DNA of 64,000 nt from Candidatus Nomurabacteria bacterium RIFCSPLOWO2_01_FULL_39_18 (GCA_001787005.1 MFUV01000004.1:105770-169769); one strand, 5' to 3'; positions 29,097-38,130 are shown, counted from the stretch's first letter. Numbers and translations are program-made. Notes: generated from the letters alone by a model not told the origin.

Positions 29097-29124
29097 CAGG
29101 AACGTATGTTTAAAAACTTCTGTT

Positions 29125-29162
29125 CTGTTGTGAAATCACGCATATGCGTGATTTCACAACAG
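29125..29162. repeat. 38-bp perfect palindrome CTGTTGTGAAATCACGCATATGCGTGATTTCACAACAG (putative operator)
   Basis: Self-complementary; TGTGA..TCACA half-sites; 15 nt downstream of the wHTH gene stop. Confidence 0.85.
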
Positions 29163-29177
29163 AGAGTTTAAATAAAA

Positions 29178-29717
29178 TTAAAGTCCAAAGTGAACTTTTA
29201 ATTTTGTTTCATCTAAAACTTTACTTACTTCTAAAATCTCTATATGCTTACGAACTCCATAAAAATCCGCTACGAACAGAATCTCCCCTTCGCATGGATA
29301 TGGATAGATCCAAGCACTCTTTTGAAATTGGAAAAATCCTAAATCTTTTAATTTGAATCTGAAAGCATCACGAGCTTTCTTGAATCTTATAGGAAGATCA
29401 TACATAACTAGACGCCACTTACCATCCCATTTTTTAGAGTTCTTGATTACAACTTCATCAATTAAGATTTCTCGTAACTTATTTTCCCCCTTTGGAGTGA
29501 TTATATATTTTTCTTTACCCTCTACTCTCACATGTCTAACAAATCTATATCTCCTCAAGCCGTGAAAAATCTGTTGTGTTTTTCGATTATTGTTGATGAT
29601 CGGCGATAATTTTTCTCCCAAAGCAACAGCGCAAAGTAAGCTTTGCGCTAGATTCATACCCTCCCCACCAGAGCTAAAAAATTTCTTTAATTTTGCTAAA
29701 TGTTCTAGTTTAACCAT
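29178..29717 (-). CDS. putative transcriptional regulator: N-terminal winged-helix + C-terminal Cas2/PaaX_C-like domain
   Basis: wHTH-like GLRRYRFVRHVRVEGKEKYIITPKGENKL; C-terminal WRLVMYDLPIRFKKARDAFRFKLKDLGFFQFQKSAWIYP. Confidence 0.5.
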   Translation of the reverse strand: MVKLEHLAKLKKFFSSGGEGMNLAQSLLCAVALGEKLSPIINNNRKTQQIFHGLRRYRFVRHVRVEGKEKYIITPKGENKLREILIDEVVIKNSKKWDGKWRLVMYDLPIRFKKARDAFRFKLKDLGFFQFQKSAWIYPYPCEGEILFVADFYGVRKHIEILEVSKVLDETKLKVHFGL

Positions 29718-29718
29718 A

Positions 29719-29754
29719 TGTTGTGAATTTTAGCATATGCGAAATTTCACCACA
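29719..29754. repeat. imperfect palindrome TGTTGTGAATTTTAGCATATGCGAAATTTCACCACA abutting the regulator start codon
   Basis: Shares TGTTGTGAA / GCATATGC / TTTCAC..ACA with the 29125-29162 palindrome. Confidence 0.7.
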
Positions 29755-29980
29755 AGGGAGGGGTGGGTAAACAAGGGAATTAAAGAACAATGGAAGGAAA
29801 TTGAAGAATATCGAAGCAGGTAGAAATTTTATTTTACTTTTACAACATCCTCAATATTATCTAGTGAAAGATTATATTGACTAGAAATTCTTGCATCACC
29901 CATGTCAAAAATCATAAAAAATTTCCTATCGTATCTAAGTCCAACATGGCTTATCTTCTCGCATAAAATAAAATTAATTT

Positions 29981-31252
29981 TTAATACTCCCGCATGGAGA
30001 CTTGCGCGTCGACTTTTTTCAGGAGATCGAGGACGACTGAGACAACGATAAGAAGAGATGTACCACCTATGGCCAGAGAGGCGATGCCCGTGACATGTTG
30101 CATGATGATGGGCAGAACTGCGATAAAACCTAGGAACACTGCGCCTAGGAGGGTGATACGGCTTAAGACTTTCGAAATATAGTCCGAGGTCGATGCGCCT
30201 GGACGAATTCCGGGAATAAACGCGCCATTTTTTTGCAGATTCGTAGAAAGCGCCTCAGGATCGAAGGTGACGGCAGTATAAAAGTAAGTGAAAAGAAAAA
30301 CCAAAATAAAATACAGTATGGCATAAAGTATGGAAGTCTGGGAAAATGACATGAGAACGCTTGAAATTTTCGCAATTATTGTGTTGCCAAAACGAGACAA
30401 GAAAGTGCCAATCATCTGCGGGAAAAGAAGAATAGAGAGAGCAAAAATTATTGGAATAACTCCGGCTTGATTCACTCGAAGAGGCAGATAGGTGGATCCT
30501 CCTCCGTACATTTTCATCCCCCTGACACGCTTAGCATAGGTTACGGGGATCGGTCTCTCCGCCTCTGTCACAAGCACAATCCCTGCCACGATAAGTACTC
30601 CCGCTACAATAAACATCAAGAAGAGAGGGATTTGAGAAGGATCGAAAGTGAAAATGAGCTGGCTGACTTGTGAAGGCAGACTAGAGACAATACCAGCGAA
30701 GATTATGAGCGAAACTCCATTGCCAATGCCGAATTCAGATATAAGTTCACCAATCCACATCAAGAGCACTGCTCCCCCGATGACAATAAATAAATTTGTA
30801 ACTTTATCGAAAGTTGTTAAATTTACCAAAATGCTCTGACTTTCTAAAATAGCCAAAAGGCTGAACCCCTGGATAGCCGCTAGCGGAACAGTCAGCAATC
30901 TCCCGTATTGAGTAAATTTTTTCCTGCCAGCCTCGCCTTCTTCGTGATAAATTTTTTTCAGAGCTGGAACCATGATGGTCAGAAGCTGCATGATGATAGA
31001 GCCAGTGATGTACGGACCGACACCAAGCATTATTATAGAGAGATTGGAAAGCCCACCTCCTGAGAATATATTTAAGATGCCGAAAAATTGATTATTCGCC
31101 AGGAATCGATTAAGCGCTAATGTATCAATCCCAGGAATAGGAATAGCGGAGAGCAATCTAAATACGATAAAAGAAAAGAGCACGAACAAAACCTTCTTTC
31201 GAAGAGAAGTGTCTGTCCAGATCAGTTTAATTTTATTAAAAAAATTCTGCAT
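29981..31252 (-). CDS. secY: preprotein translocase SecY
   Basis: 423 aa, 10 TM, conserved SecY signature regions; downstream of rplO. Confidence 0.95.
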   Translation of the reverse strand: MQNFFNKIKLIWTDTSLRKKVLFVLFSFIVFRLLSAIPIPGIDTLALNRFLANNQFFGILNIFSGGGLSNLSIIMLGVGPYITGSIIMQLLTIMVPALKKIYHEEGEAGRKKFTQYGRLLTVPLAAIQGFSLLAILESQSILVNLTTFDKVTNLFIVIGGAVLLMWIGELISEFGIGNGVSLIIFAGIVSSLPSQVSQLIFTFDPSQIPLFLMFIVAGVLIVAGIVLVTEAERPIPVTYAKRVRGMKMYGGGSTYLPLRVNQAGVIPIIFALSILLFPQMIGTFLSRFGNTIIAKISSVLMSFSQTSILYAILYFILVFLFTYFYTAVTFDPEALSTNLQKNGAFIPGIRPGASTSDYISKVLSRITLLGAVFLGFIAVLPIIMQHVTGIASLAIGGTSLLIVVSVVLDLLKKVDAQVSMREY

Positions 31253-31262
31253 TGCTTTCTTG

Positions 31263-31308
31263 GCAGATAGAGCTTTAGACTCTAGATAGAGTCTAAAGCT
31301 CTATCTGC
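31263..31308. repeat. 46-nt hairpin GCAGATAGAGCTTTAGACTC-TAGATA-GAGTCTAAAGCTCTATCTGC
   Basis: 20-bp perfect stem between the rplO stop and the secY start; related copy at 35747-35791. Confidence 0.85.
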
Positions 31309-31309
31309 G

Positions 31310-31612
31310 TTACTTAATCTTAATCTTTTTACCTTGAAGATTGAGCCTTTTTCTTATTTCAGAAAACTTCTCTCCCTTGGAAGCCAGCTTTGCTTTCGGC
31401 AACAAAAATAACTTCTGGATGGACTTAAACTGATATCCCCGGTTCTTAGGCAACTTCTTAATAATATCACGAAGTTCCGGGCGGCGTTTATTGCCCGCGC
31501 GAGCTGTCTGCCCCTTGCCTCCGCGACCTGAAGTCTTGGCATGTTTGCCCCCACGGCCGACAATGCGATCTTTCTTATTCTTATGAGTTCTTTTTAAATT
31601 ATGTATTTGCAT
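31310..31612 (-). CDS. rplO: 50S ribosomal protein L15 (short form)
   Basis: KNKKDRIVGRGGKHAKTSGRGGKGQTARAG; position between rpsE and secY. Confidence 0.7.
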   Translation of the reverse strand: MQIHNLKRTHKNKKDRIVGRGGKHAKTSGRGGKGQTARAGNKRRPELRDIIKKLPKNRGYQFKSIQKLFLLPKAKLASKGEKFSEIRKRLNLQGKKIKIK

Positions 31613-31625
31613 GGGATTTATTTAT

Positions 31626-32216
31626 TTAATCTGTCGGAATAATTGCGGCTAGAGCTTCTGGGATTATTACTGGAGGAACTTCTTTATTTTCTACGACAAT
31701 ATTTTCAGCCACTCCCTTTATATGCTTGATAGATATAGTGGAAAGCGCCGCCATCACCGCTTTGGCATTGTTTAATTTATTTTTACTATTAGACAGAATT
31801 TTTCCCGTAATGTCCTTCATGCCAGAAAGCTTCACTATATCGCGAACGACTGAACCTGCCACGAGTCCGCGACCCTTATTGGGCAATAGTTCGACATAGG
31901 AACTCGAGAATTTGGCAGAAAGTTCGTGGGGAATAGACATAGTCTTGGTTAAATTTAATTTAACCATGTTCTTCTTCGCATTTCGAACCGCCTTGTTAAT
32001 GGCAAGAGCGGTATCTCCAGCTTTTCCTAGACCCAGACCAACACATCCCTTCTTATCCCCTGCTATGAGCGCCACGCTAAAAGAAAACCTGCGTCCGCCA
32101 GCCACCACTCTGGTCACACGGCGAATATTTATTATTTTTTGATCAAATTCCGGCTTGGGTTTGCCAAAAGAAGAAGATCTTCGCCCGCTATTCTTTTTTT
32201 CGTTTCTTTTTTCCAT
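31626..32216 (-). CDS. rpsE: 30S ribosomal protein S5
   Basis: GLGKAGDTALAINKAVRNAKKNM... Confidence 0.9.
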   Translation of the reverse strand: MEKRNEKKNSGRRSSSFGKPKPEFDQKIINIRRVTRVVAGGRRFSFSVALIAGDKKGCVGLGLGKAGDTALAINKAVRNAKKNMVKLNLTKTMSIPHELSAKFSSSYVELLPNKGRGLVAGSVVRDIVKLSGMKDITGKILSNSKNKLNNAKAVMAALSTISIKHIKGVAENIVVENKEVPPVIIPEALAAIIPTD

Positions 32217-32222
32217 ATAAAA

Positions 32223-32564
32223 TTAAAATTGAAGTCCCAAAGCCCTGGCTTCATCCGCGACTGTTTTGATTCGTCCGGTATATTTAAATCCATTTCGATC
32301 GAAAACGACTTTTTTGATTTTCTTTTCAAGGCAAATTGTTCCGATCAGACGGCCAACCTCTTTGGCTCGCTCCGTCTTTGTTCCTTTTGTATTTTTAACA
32401 TCGCTGGCTGAAGCTATGGTCTTGCCTGAAAGGTCATTAATCACTTGCGCGTAGATAAATTTATTGGAACGGAAAACGGTCAGGCGCGGACGAACATCGG
32501 TGCCCTTTATTTTCACCCTAATTTTCTTCTTCAATCTTATTCTTTTGTTGTTTTTCTTAATCAT
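32223..32564 (-). CDS. rplR: 50S ribosomal protein L18
   Basis: KRIRLKKKIRVKIKGTDVRPRLTVFRSNKFIYAQVI... Confidence 0.9.
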   Translation of the reverse strand: MIKKNNKRIRLKKKIRVKIKGTDVRPRLTVFRSNKFIYAQVINDLSGKTIASASDVKNTKGTKTERAKEVGRLIGTICLEKKIKKVVFDRNGFKYTGRIKTVADEARALGLQF

Positions 32565-32583
32565 TTTTTTTTATTTTCTCCTC

Positions 32584-32638
32584 AAGGTCTTGCCTTGGAA
32601 TCCCTAAAGGCAAGACCTTTTCCCGAAAATTTATACGG
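32584..32638. repeat. hairpin AAGGTCTTGCCTT-N9-AAGGCAAGACCTT + TTCCCGAAAATTTA
   Basis: 13-bp perfect stem; overlaps the rplF stop; second copy at 41805-41858. Confidence 0.8.
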
Positions 32639-33209
32639 TCTTCTTGCCCTGCTTGCGCCTGATAACTTCGTTCTCGTAGCGCATACCTTTGCCCTTGTAA
32701 GGTTCTGGCTTCTTCAGGGCGCGCAATTGAGCTGTGAAGCTCCCCACTAATTCTTTATCGATGCCAAGGATAGTGATGTTATTCTTTTCCGCCGTGGCTA
32801 TGATCCCCTCTGGTATCTGCACAATAACAGGATGAGAAAATCCTAAGGCAAAATTAAATTCTTTGCCCCCGCCTGCGCGGGCAGGCTTGACTTCAGACTT
32901 GAATCCCACGCCTTCTAAGATTAATTTCTTTTGATATGGAGTTACCACCCCACCCATCATATTCTTAATGTGTGAAGCGTAAGTACCCCAAAGAGATTTG
33001 GAAAATTTGTCGTTTCTCTTCGCATTTAAGGTAACCATTTTGTCTGTAATATTGATTGTAATATCATCTCTGAAATCTTTCGTAATGGTGCCCTTTGGCC
33101 CCGCCACCGTTACCGTGGCGCCACTCTGACTCACTTTGACTCCTGCTGGTATTAATATTTCTTGTTTTCCAATTCTTGACATAAAATTTATTTTACAACT
33201 ATTTACCAA
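32631..33209 (-). CDS. rplF: 50S ribosomal protein L6
   Basis: SRIGKQEILIPAGVKV... Confidence 0.9.
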   Translation of the reverse strand: MVNSCKINFMSRIGKQEILIPAGVKVSQSGATVTVAGPKGTITKDFRDDITINITDKMVTLNAKRNDKFSKSLWGTYASHIKNMMGGVVTPYQKKLILEGVGFKSEVKPARAGGGKEFNFALGFSHPVIVQIPEGIIATAEKNNITILGIDKELVGSFTAQLRALKKPEPYKGKGMRYENEVIRRKQGKKTV

Positions 33210-33592
33210 ATTCTAAACAACGCTTCGCCTCCGACTTGCTCCTGCCTGGCAACCTTACCTGATAAAATTCCCTTCGGTGTTGAAAGTATGAGCAACCCAG
33301 CGCCGTTTCTAACTTTATGAATATCTTTAATCCTGAAATAAACACGACGAGACTGTTTGGAGACTCTTTCCGCTTCTGTGATTTTGGGTTTTTTGTTTAG
33401 ATAAGCAAGCTCTACTTCGAGCACTGGCTGATCCTTCTTGATTTTCTTCGAAACAGAATTTATGAAACCTTCTTTTTTCAAACATTCTAAAATCGCGTAT
33501 TTCATCTTGGAATATGGCAAGACCACAGACTCCTTGCCAGCGAGCGATCCATTCTTCATTATAATTATCATGTTTGAAATTGAATCCATGGC
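33203..33592 (-). CDS. rpsH: 30S ribosomal protein S8
   Basis: MDSISNMIIIMKNGSLAGKESVVLPYSKMK...; start moved to an internal Met. Confidence 0.85.
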   Translation of the reverse strand, partial: AMDSISNMIIIMKNGSLAGKESVVLPYSKMKYAILECLKKEGFINSVSKKIKKDQPVLEVELAYLNKKPKITEAERVSKQSRRVYFRIKDIHKVRNGAGLLILSTPKGILSGKVARQEQVGGEALFRIW

Positions 33593-33633
33593 TAAAAGTT
33601 GAAAGTTTGTAAAGTTATAAAGTTCATAAAGAA

Positions 33634-33819
33634 TTACCAAGAAGATTTTCTTACTCCTGGCAACATTCCCTCATTTGCTAATTCCCTGAAACAAATACGG
33701 CAAATGCCAAAATCTCTCATAAAGGCATTGCCTCGGCCACAGCGAAAACATCGATTTTTAGCCCGAGTGCTAAATTTCGGCAACTTTCTCGCTCTAGCTT
33801 TTACTGATGTTTTTGCCAT
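33634..33819 (-). CDS. rpsN: 30S ribosomal protein S14 type Z (zinc-binding)
   Basis: 61 aa with CFRCGR...CRIC. Confidence 0.9.
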   Translation of the reverse strand: MAKTSVKARARKLPKFSTRAKNRCFRCGRGNAFMRDFGICRICFRELANEGMLPGVRKSSW

Positions 33820-33975
33820 AGATAATTAAATGGGAGCGCCCTGTTAATATCTCACTTTTTTTCTTTAACCCTTTATCAAATAAGACTATAAGAAAGGCTT
33901 AAAGGAGAAAAGCAGATTAATCAGAGACCTATTCCCTTACTGCCATATTATCAAATAAAAACAAAAGAGTCAATT

Positions 33976-34539
33976 TTATTTGACCTTCCCCTCTTCCTTC
34001 TTAAAAGGAACGCCCAAGAGTTCGAAGAAAGCTGTGCCTTCTTTTTTATTTTTCGCGGTTGAGACGAGGGTTACAGACATACCGAAAATATCTTTGATGT
34101 CTTCGTCCGCTGTTTCTGGAAAGATTGTGTGTTCTTTTATGCCGATAGTGAGATTGCCCACATTATCCACAGCCCCGCGAGAAATTCCCCTGAAGTCCTT
34201 CGTGCGAGGCAAGGCAACGTTTATCAACTTTTCCAAGAAAGCATACATCCTTTTCCCCCGCATGGTAACTACAACCCCGATAGGGTCACCCTGGCGAACC
34301 TTGAAGGATGAGATTGATTGTTTCGCGCCTCGGAGCGCTGACTTTTGTCCAGTAATCTTTGCTAGGCGATCCCCTATCGCTTCATTTTTGTTTTTATCTT
34401 TCTTGATAGCAGTGCCCGTACCCACGTTCATCACGATCTTCTGCATCTTGGGCGCAGCCAGGGCATTTTTATAATGAAAGATAACTCTCATTTTCTCAAA
34501 TGCTCCGCTTTCTTTTTCTTTTACGGTTGAATGTTTCAT
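33976..34539 (-). CDS. rplE: 50S ribosomal protein L5
   Basis: KMQKIVMNVGTGTAIKKDKNK ... typical L5. Confidence 0.9.
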   Translation of the reverse strand: MKHSTVKEKESGAFEKMRVIFHYKNALAAPKMQKIVMNVGTGTAIKKDKNKNEAIGDRLAKITGQKSALRGAKQSISSFKVRQGDPIGVVVTMRGKRMYAFLEKLINVALPRTKDFRGISRGAVDNVGNLTIGIKEHTIFPETADEDIKDIFGMSVTLVSTAKNKKEGTAFFELLGVPFKKEEGKVK

Positions 34540-34550
34540 GGAAATTTTAT

Positions 34551-34769
34551 TTATTTTTCTTTTCTGACATTAGAAGCATGTATCGGCATCGCGATATTTA
34601 TCATTGAACCTTTTTCTCCGGATTTTCTTGGGCGCTGGTGCTTCTTCATCATATTCAATCCTTCCACTATCACTTTATTCTGTAGAGTTAAAATACGGAC
34701 AATTTTGCCCCCTTTGCCTTTGTCCTTGCCTGTTATTATTATTACATTATCTCCTTTCTTGATTTTCAT
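34551..34769 (-). CDS. rplX: 50S ribosomal protein L24 (short)
   Basis: MKIKKGDNVIIITGKDKGKGGKIVRIL (KOW motif). Confidence 0.8.
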   Translation of the reverse strand: MKIKKGDNVIIITGKDKGKGGKIVRILTLQNKVIVEGLNMMKKHQRPRKSGEKGSMINIAMPIHASNVRKEK

Positions 34770-34788
34770 AATTTATATTTGCAATTAA

Positions 34789-35160
34789 CTAAATCACCTC
34801 CTGCGCCAAAGAAATTATTTTCTGAAATCCTTTTTCAGCGAGCTCTCTCGGAATAGGTCCGAACACGCGCCCAGCCTTTGGATCTTGTTTGCCTTTTTCT
34901 AAAATAACCACGGCATTGTCATCAAAACGAATATAAGACCCATCGCGCCTACGGTACGCGCTACGAGTACGCACTACCACAGCCTGATGCACATCCTTTT
35001 TCTTAACAGCCTTTCGTGGACTTGCGACTTTGACAGAAATGATCACGATCTCGCCCAGGGTCGCATATCTCTTTTTTGAAGAGCCCAATATTTTAAATAC
35101 CTTTCCTACGGTACCTCCGGCATTGTCTGTTATTTTTACTAATGTTTCATTTTGAATCAT
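34789..35160 (-). CDS. rplN: 50S ribosomal protein L14
   Basis: MIQNETLVKITDNAGG... Confidence 0.95.
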   Translation of the reverse strand: MIQNETLVKITDNAGGTVGKVFKILGSSKKRYATLGEIVIISVKVASPRKAVKKKDVHQAVVVRTRSAYRRRDGSYIRFDDNAVVILEKGKQDPKAGRVFGPIPRELAEKGFQKIISLAQEVI

Positions 35161-35165
35161 AAAAT

Positions 35166-35438
35166 TTAGATCACAGTAAATCTTTTATCTTTCGAAATTG
35201 GTCGCGTTTCTATTATTTCTACGGTATCTCCTATTTTATATTTGTTTTCTTCGTCGTGCGCTTTGTATTTTTTGCTGACTTTATAGAATTTTCCATATAG
35301 GGGGTGCTTTATAAATCTGGAAACAGAAACAACGATAGTTTTATCCATCTTGTCACCCACAACTACGCCCTTCAGGGTGCTATTCTTTTTTATTTTTCCT
35401 GTCTGCGCAGGCAGATCTTTTTTATTTTCTGTTTTCAT
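35166..35438 (-). CDS. rpsQ: 30S ribosomal protein S17
   Basis: [29 protein letters not shown]. Confidence 0.9.
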   Translation of the reverse strand: MKTENKKDLPAQTGKIKKNSTLKGVVVGDKMDKTIVVSVSRFIKHPLYGKFYKVSKKYKAHDEENKYKIGDTVEIIETRPISKDKRFTVI

Positions 35439-35540
35439 CCCAGTACTAAAATTTTATTTATAATCATTATTGTTAATCTATATTATTATCCCCTTTTTGT
35501 CTATTTTCTTAATTTTAATTAATCAAAAATTTAGTACGGG
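35439..35540. repeat. imperfect inverted-repeat pair (CCCAGTACTAAAATTTT / AAAAATTTAGTACGGG) flanking an AT-rich spacer between rpsQ and rpmC
   Basis: About 13-bp inverted repeats roughly 70 nt apart. Confidence 0.4.
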
Positions 35541-35548
35541 ACAAGTAT

Positions 35549-35737
35549 TTATTTATTATTGAGTGCTGTCAGAATTCTGGCTATTTGCTTTCGCAGGGTC
35601 GATTCTTCTTTTGTATTCTTTGACTTCGATCCTTCGGCTTTAAACCTGATAACCCTTATTTTCTCTCTAAAAGTTACAAGTTCTTTTTTTAACTCTTCTT
35701 CTTTCATTCCTTTTAAATTCTCTTTATTTTTTTTCAT
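35549..35737 (-). CDS. rpmC: 50S ribosomal protein L29
   Basis: 62 aa, LKGMKEEELKKELVTFREK. Confidence 0.8.
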   Translation of the reverse strand: MKKNKENLKGMKEEELKKELVTFREKIRVIRFKAEGSKSKNTKEESTLRKQIARILTALNNK

Positions 35738-35746
35738 GATTTTTTA

Positions 35747-35791
35747 CAGATAGAGTTTTAGACTCTAGATAGAGGCTAAACCTCTATCTGC
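35747..35791. repeat. hairpin CAGATAGAGTTTTAGACTC-TAGATA-GAGGCTAAACCTCTATCTG (variant copy)
   Basis: Same family as 31263-31308; between the rplP stop and the rpmC start. Confidence 0.8.
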
Positions 35792-36219
35792 TACTGCTTA
35801 TGTTCTCTGGAAATTATCCTGGCTTTGATCGGCAGTTTGGTGCCAGCTTTTCGGAGTGCTTCACGGGCGACCGGCTCTGGAGCCCCATCTACTTCGAAAA
35901 TAATGCGCCCGGGTAAAACATCGAAGCAATAGCCTTGCGGATCTCCCTTCCCCTTTCCCATGCCCACCTCTGCCGCCTTGGCAGTGAAGGGACGGTCTGG
36001 AAAAATACGAATCCAGTATTTGCCACTCTTGGTAAGAGTGCGGGATATTACTTTGCGAGCAGCTTCAAGCTGAGTAGACTTAACACGCGCTTGAGTTTCA
36101 GATTTAAGACCGAAAGAACCAAAGGAAAGCTTACTTCCCCTGGTGTCTGGCGTCATTGCCTTCGGATTGCTACGCATGGTCTGCCATTTTCTAAATTTTA
36201 CTTTTTTCGGTAACAACAT
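35791..36219 (-). CDS. rplP: 50S ribosomal protein L16
   Basis: MLLPKKVKFRKWQTMR...; start adjusted from 36240. Confidence 0.85.
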   Translation of the reverse strand: MLLPKKVKFRKWQTMRSNPKAMTPDTRGSKLSFGSFGLKSETQARVKSTQLEAARKVISRTLTKSGKYWIRIFPDRPFTAKAAEVGMGKGKGDPQGYCFDVLPGRIIFEVDGAPEPVAREALRKAGTKLPIKARIISREHKQ

Positions 36220-36223
36220 ATAT

Positions 36224-36943
36224 TTAATCGATCTTATCATTTCCCGATGCTTGCAGTCGGAATCCCGACTCCTCTGGACTTCGGGACTTGTCAGTAAAAA
36301 TCTTGCCGCGATAAATCCAAACCTTTATGCCGACAACGCCGTAGGGCAAAGTCGCACGTTCACGCTTGAAATCCACATCAGCTCGAAAGCTCTGAAGTGG
36401 TACAGAACCTCTTTTGAGCTCTTCAGTACGAGCAATATCCGCTCCACCCAGTCTGCCGCCTAAGACTATTCTTGCTCCCTCAACTCCGCGAGCCGACATT
36501 ACTTTCTCAATAATTGTTTTGATGACTCGGCGATAAGGCATTCTTTTCTCAAGTCCTTCGGCGATCATGTATGCTACTATAGCGGCATCGGCTTCTGGAT
36601 TCGTTACTTCAACAATCTCGAGTTTAAAATCTTCTGGCTTGGGGAGTTTCAGTTTCCCCATTTTATTTAAAATATCTTCCTTCAGTTTGGCTGCTCCGGC
36701 GCCCTCACGTCCTATAATAAGTCCGGGACGAGAAGTTTTAATAATGAACCTGGTAGCCTTCCTACTCCTTTCAATTTCAATAGTAGATATATACATCCCG
36801 CGCAATTTCTTTTCTAAATACTGACGTATCAAGACATCGCCCTTTAAATAAGAGACATATTTTTTCGGATCAGCAAACCAGCGAGATTTCCAATCTCTTA
36901 ATATAATCAATCTATGCGCGTATGGATGAACTATTTTACTCAT
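36224..36943 (-). CDS. rpsC: 30S ribosomal protein S3
   Basis: KIVHPYAHRLIILRDWKSRWF ... GGADIARTEELKRGSVPLQSFRADVD; start uncertain (36943 or 36958). Confidence 0.85.
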   Translation of the reverse strand: MSKIVHPYAHRLIILRDWKSRWFADPKKYVSYLKGDVLIRQYLEKKLRGMYISTIEIERSRKATRFIIKTSRPGLIIGREGAGAAKLKEDILNKMGKLKLPKPEDFKLEIVEVTNPEADAAIVAYMIAEGLEKRMPYRRVIKTIIEKVMSARGVEGARIVLGGRLGGADIARTEELKRGSVPLQSFRADVDFKRERATLPYGVVGIKVWIYRGKIFTDKSRSPEESGFRLQASGNDKID

Positions 36944-36944
36944 G

Positions 36945-37340
36945 TTATTTTGAATCAAGGGGAACCCTTGGGGAAACTCTTTTAAGGGTTCCCCTTTTAC
37001 TATCTTTAACTGCTACTACTTTTTCTCCCAATAATAAATTTACATTGCTGGTTCGTTTGTTTATTCGGTGCCCGGTGCCCATGGCCCTAGGCATCATCCT
37101 CTTCATAGTAACTCCTTTATCTACTCGTAATTCCTTTATAAATAAATTATCTCTTTCGATCCCCTTTTGTCTTGCATTAGCCACCGCTCCCAGCAAAAGC
37201 TTTTTTATGGGTAACCCGGCGCGCTTAGCTAGAAAATCAAGCTCAGCAATAGCTTCCGCTACTTTTTTACCCCTTATCAGCCTCGCAACCAAACGAACTT
37301 TCCTCGGAGACTGTCTATAATTTTTTAAAAATGCTTTCAT
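36945..37340 (-). CDS. rplV: 50S ribosomal protein L22
   Basis: AFLKNYRQSPRKVRLVARLIRGKKVAEAIAEL. Confidence 0.9.
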   Translation of the reverse strand: MKAFLKNYRQSPRKVRLVARLIRGKKVAEAIAELDFLAKRAGLPIKKLLLGAVANARQKGIERDNLFIKELRVDKGVTMKRMMPRAMGTGHRINKRTSNVNLLLGEKVVAVKDSKRGTLKRVSPRVPLDSK

Positions 37341-37352
37341 CTTATTTTTATT

Positions 37353-37706
37353 TTATTTTTTTGCGCCCTTCGCATCCGCTGCGGCAGCTGTCGCGCCCTT
37401 GGCGGCTGTTATCTCCGCTTCTTTCTTCTTCTGTTCAAGTTCTTTCTGCATCTTTCCCCCATGTTTCATAAATTTCTTAGTTCCTGAAAATTCCCCCAGC
37501 CTGTGCCCCACCATGTCTTCGGTCACCAAGACATCAATGTGCGTCTTGCCATTGTGGACACCGAAAGTGAAGCCGAGCATCTCGGGAGAGATGGCGGAAG
37601 CCCTTTTCCAGGTTTTGATAGCTCCTGTTGAAAGCGGATTTTTGCCGGCAATCTTTTTCAAGAGCCCTTCATCCACGTATATACCTTTTTTGATTGACCG
37701 AGTCAT
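37353..37706 (-). CDS. rpsS: 30S ribosomal protein S19 with Lys/Ala-rich C-terminal extension
   Basis: SIKKGIYVDEGLLKKI...GHRLGEF; about 25 extra C-terminal residues. Confidence 0.9.
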   Translation of the reverse strand: MTRSIKKGIYVDEGLLKKIAGKNPLSTGAIKTWKRASAISPEMLGFTFGVHNGKTHIDVLVTEDMVGHRLGEFSGTKKFMKHGGKMQKELEQKKKEAEITAAKGATAAAADAKGAKK

Positions 37707-37759
37707 GATTGATTTTTAACGAAACGAGCATTAAAAAAGCTCCTGACGAGCTTGGTTTT

Positions 37760-37787
37760 ATATTAGCAAATAAGAGTAAAAAGTCAA
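37760..37787 (-). promoter_or_regulatory. internal sigma70-like promoter (TTGACT-N16-TAATAT) driving rpsS and downstream genes
   Basis: -35 at 37787-37782, -10 at 37765-37760 on the minus strand; hairpin plus U6 (37752-37732) immediately downstream. Confidence 0.4.
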
Positions 37788-37922
37788 TTGTCGGGTAAAA
37801 ATAGTGATGGGGGACAAATCGGTCTCGAGTGCCGATCGTCCCCCTTAGATACCTCCTTTCTGTCAGCGTTAGCTGACCCTACATTCGCCGCCACCATGGA
37901 TGACGGTATTTCCTCCGCGCCC

Positions 37923-38024
37923 TCACTTTTTCTTCCCCATACGCTTTTTGGCGCGTAATGCTTTTTCGTTTTCAGCTTTACGCCGAAGCTCAGCCCGCTC
38001 AGCGGGCGTGTAGTGGTGTCCCAA
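37923..38024 (-). CDS. candidate 33-aa Lys/Arg-rich peptide (TTG start)
   Basis: AAAGGAG-N7-TTG; (M)GHHYTPAERAELRRKAENEKALRAKKRMGKKK. Confidence 0.25.
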   Translation of the reverse strand: MGHHYTPAERAELRRKAENEKALRAKKRMGKKK

Positions 38025-38130
38025 GGTGCATCTCCTTTCATCTACAACCTTAAAAGAAATATATATATAAAGCAAGATCTGGGTGTGAATAAAAATACAC
38101 AGGCGTTGCCTGTGTATTGGTTATTTGTGA

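Noticed and set aside
37784-38041. 85-aa ORF (MKGDAPWDTTTRPLSG...) in the cassette
   Set aside because: It lacks an RBS and spans terminator and promoter modules. The shorter SD-preceded TTG peptide is more plausible, and both remain low confidence.
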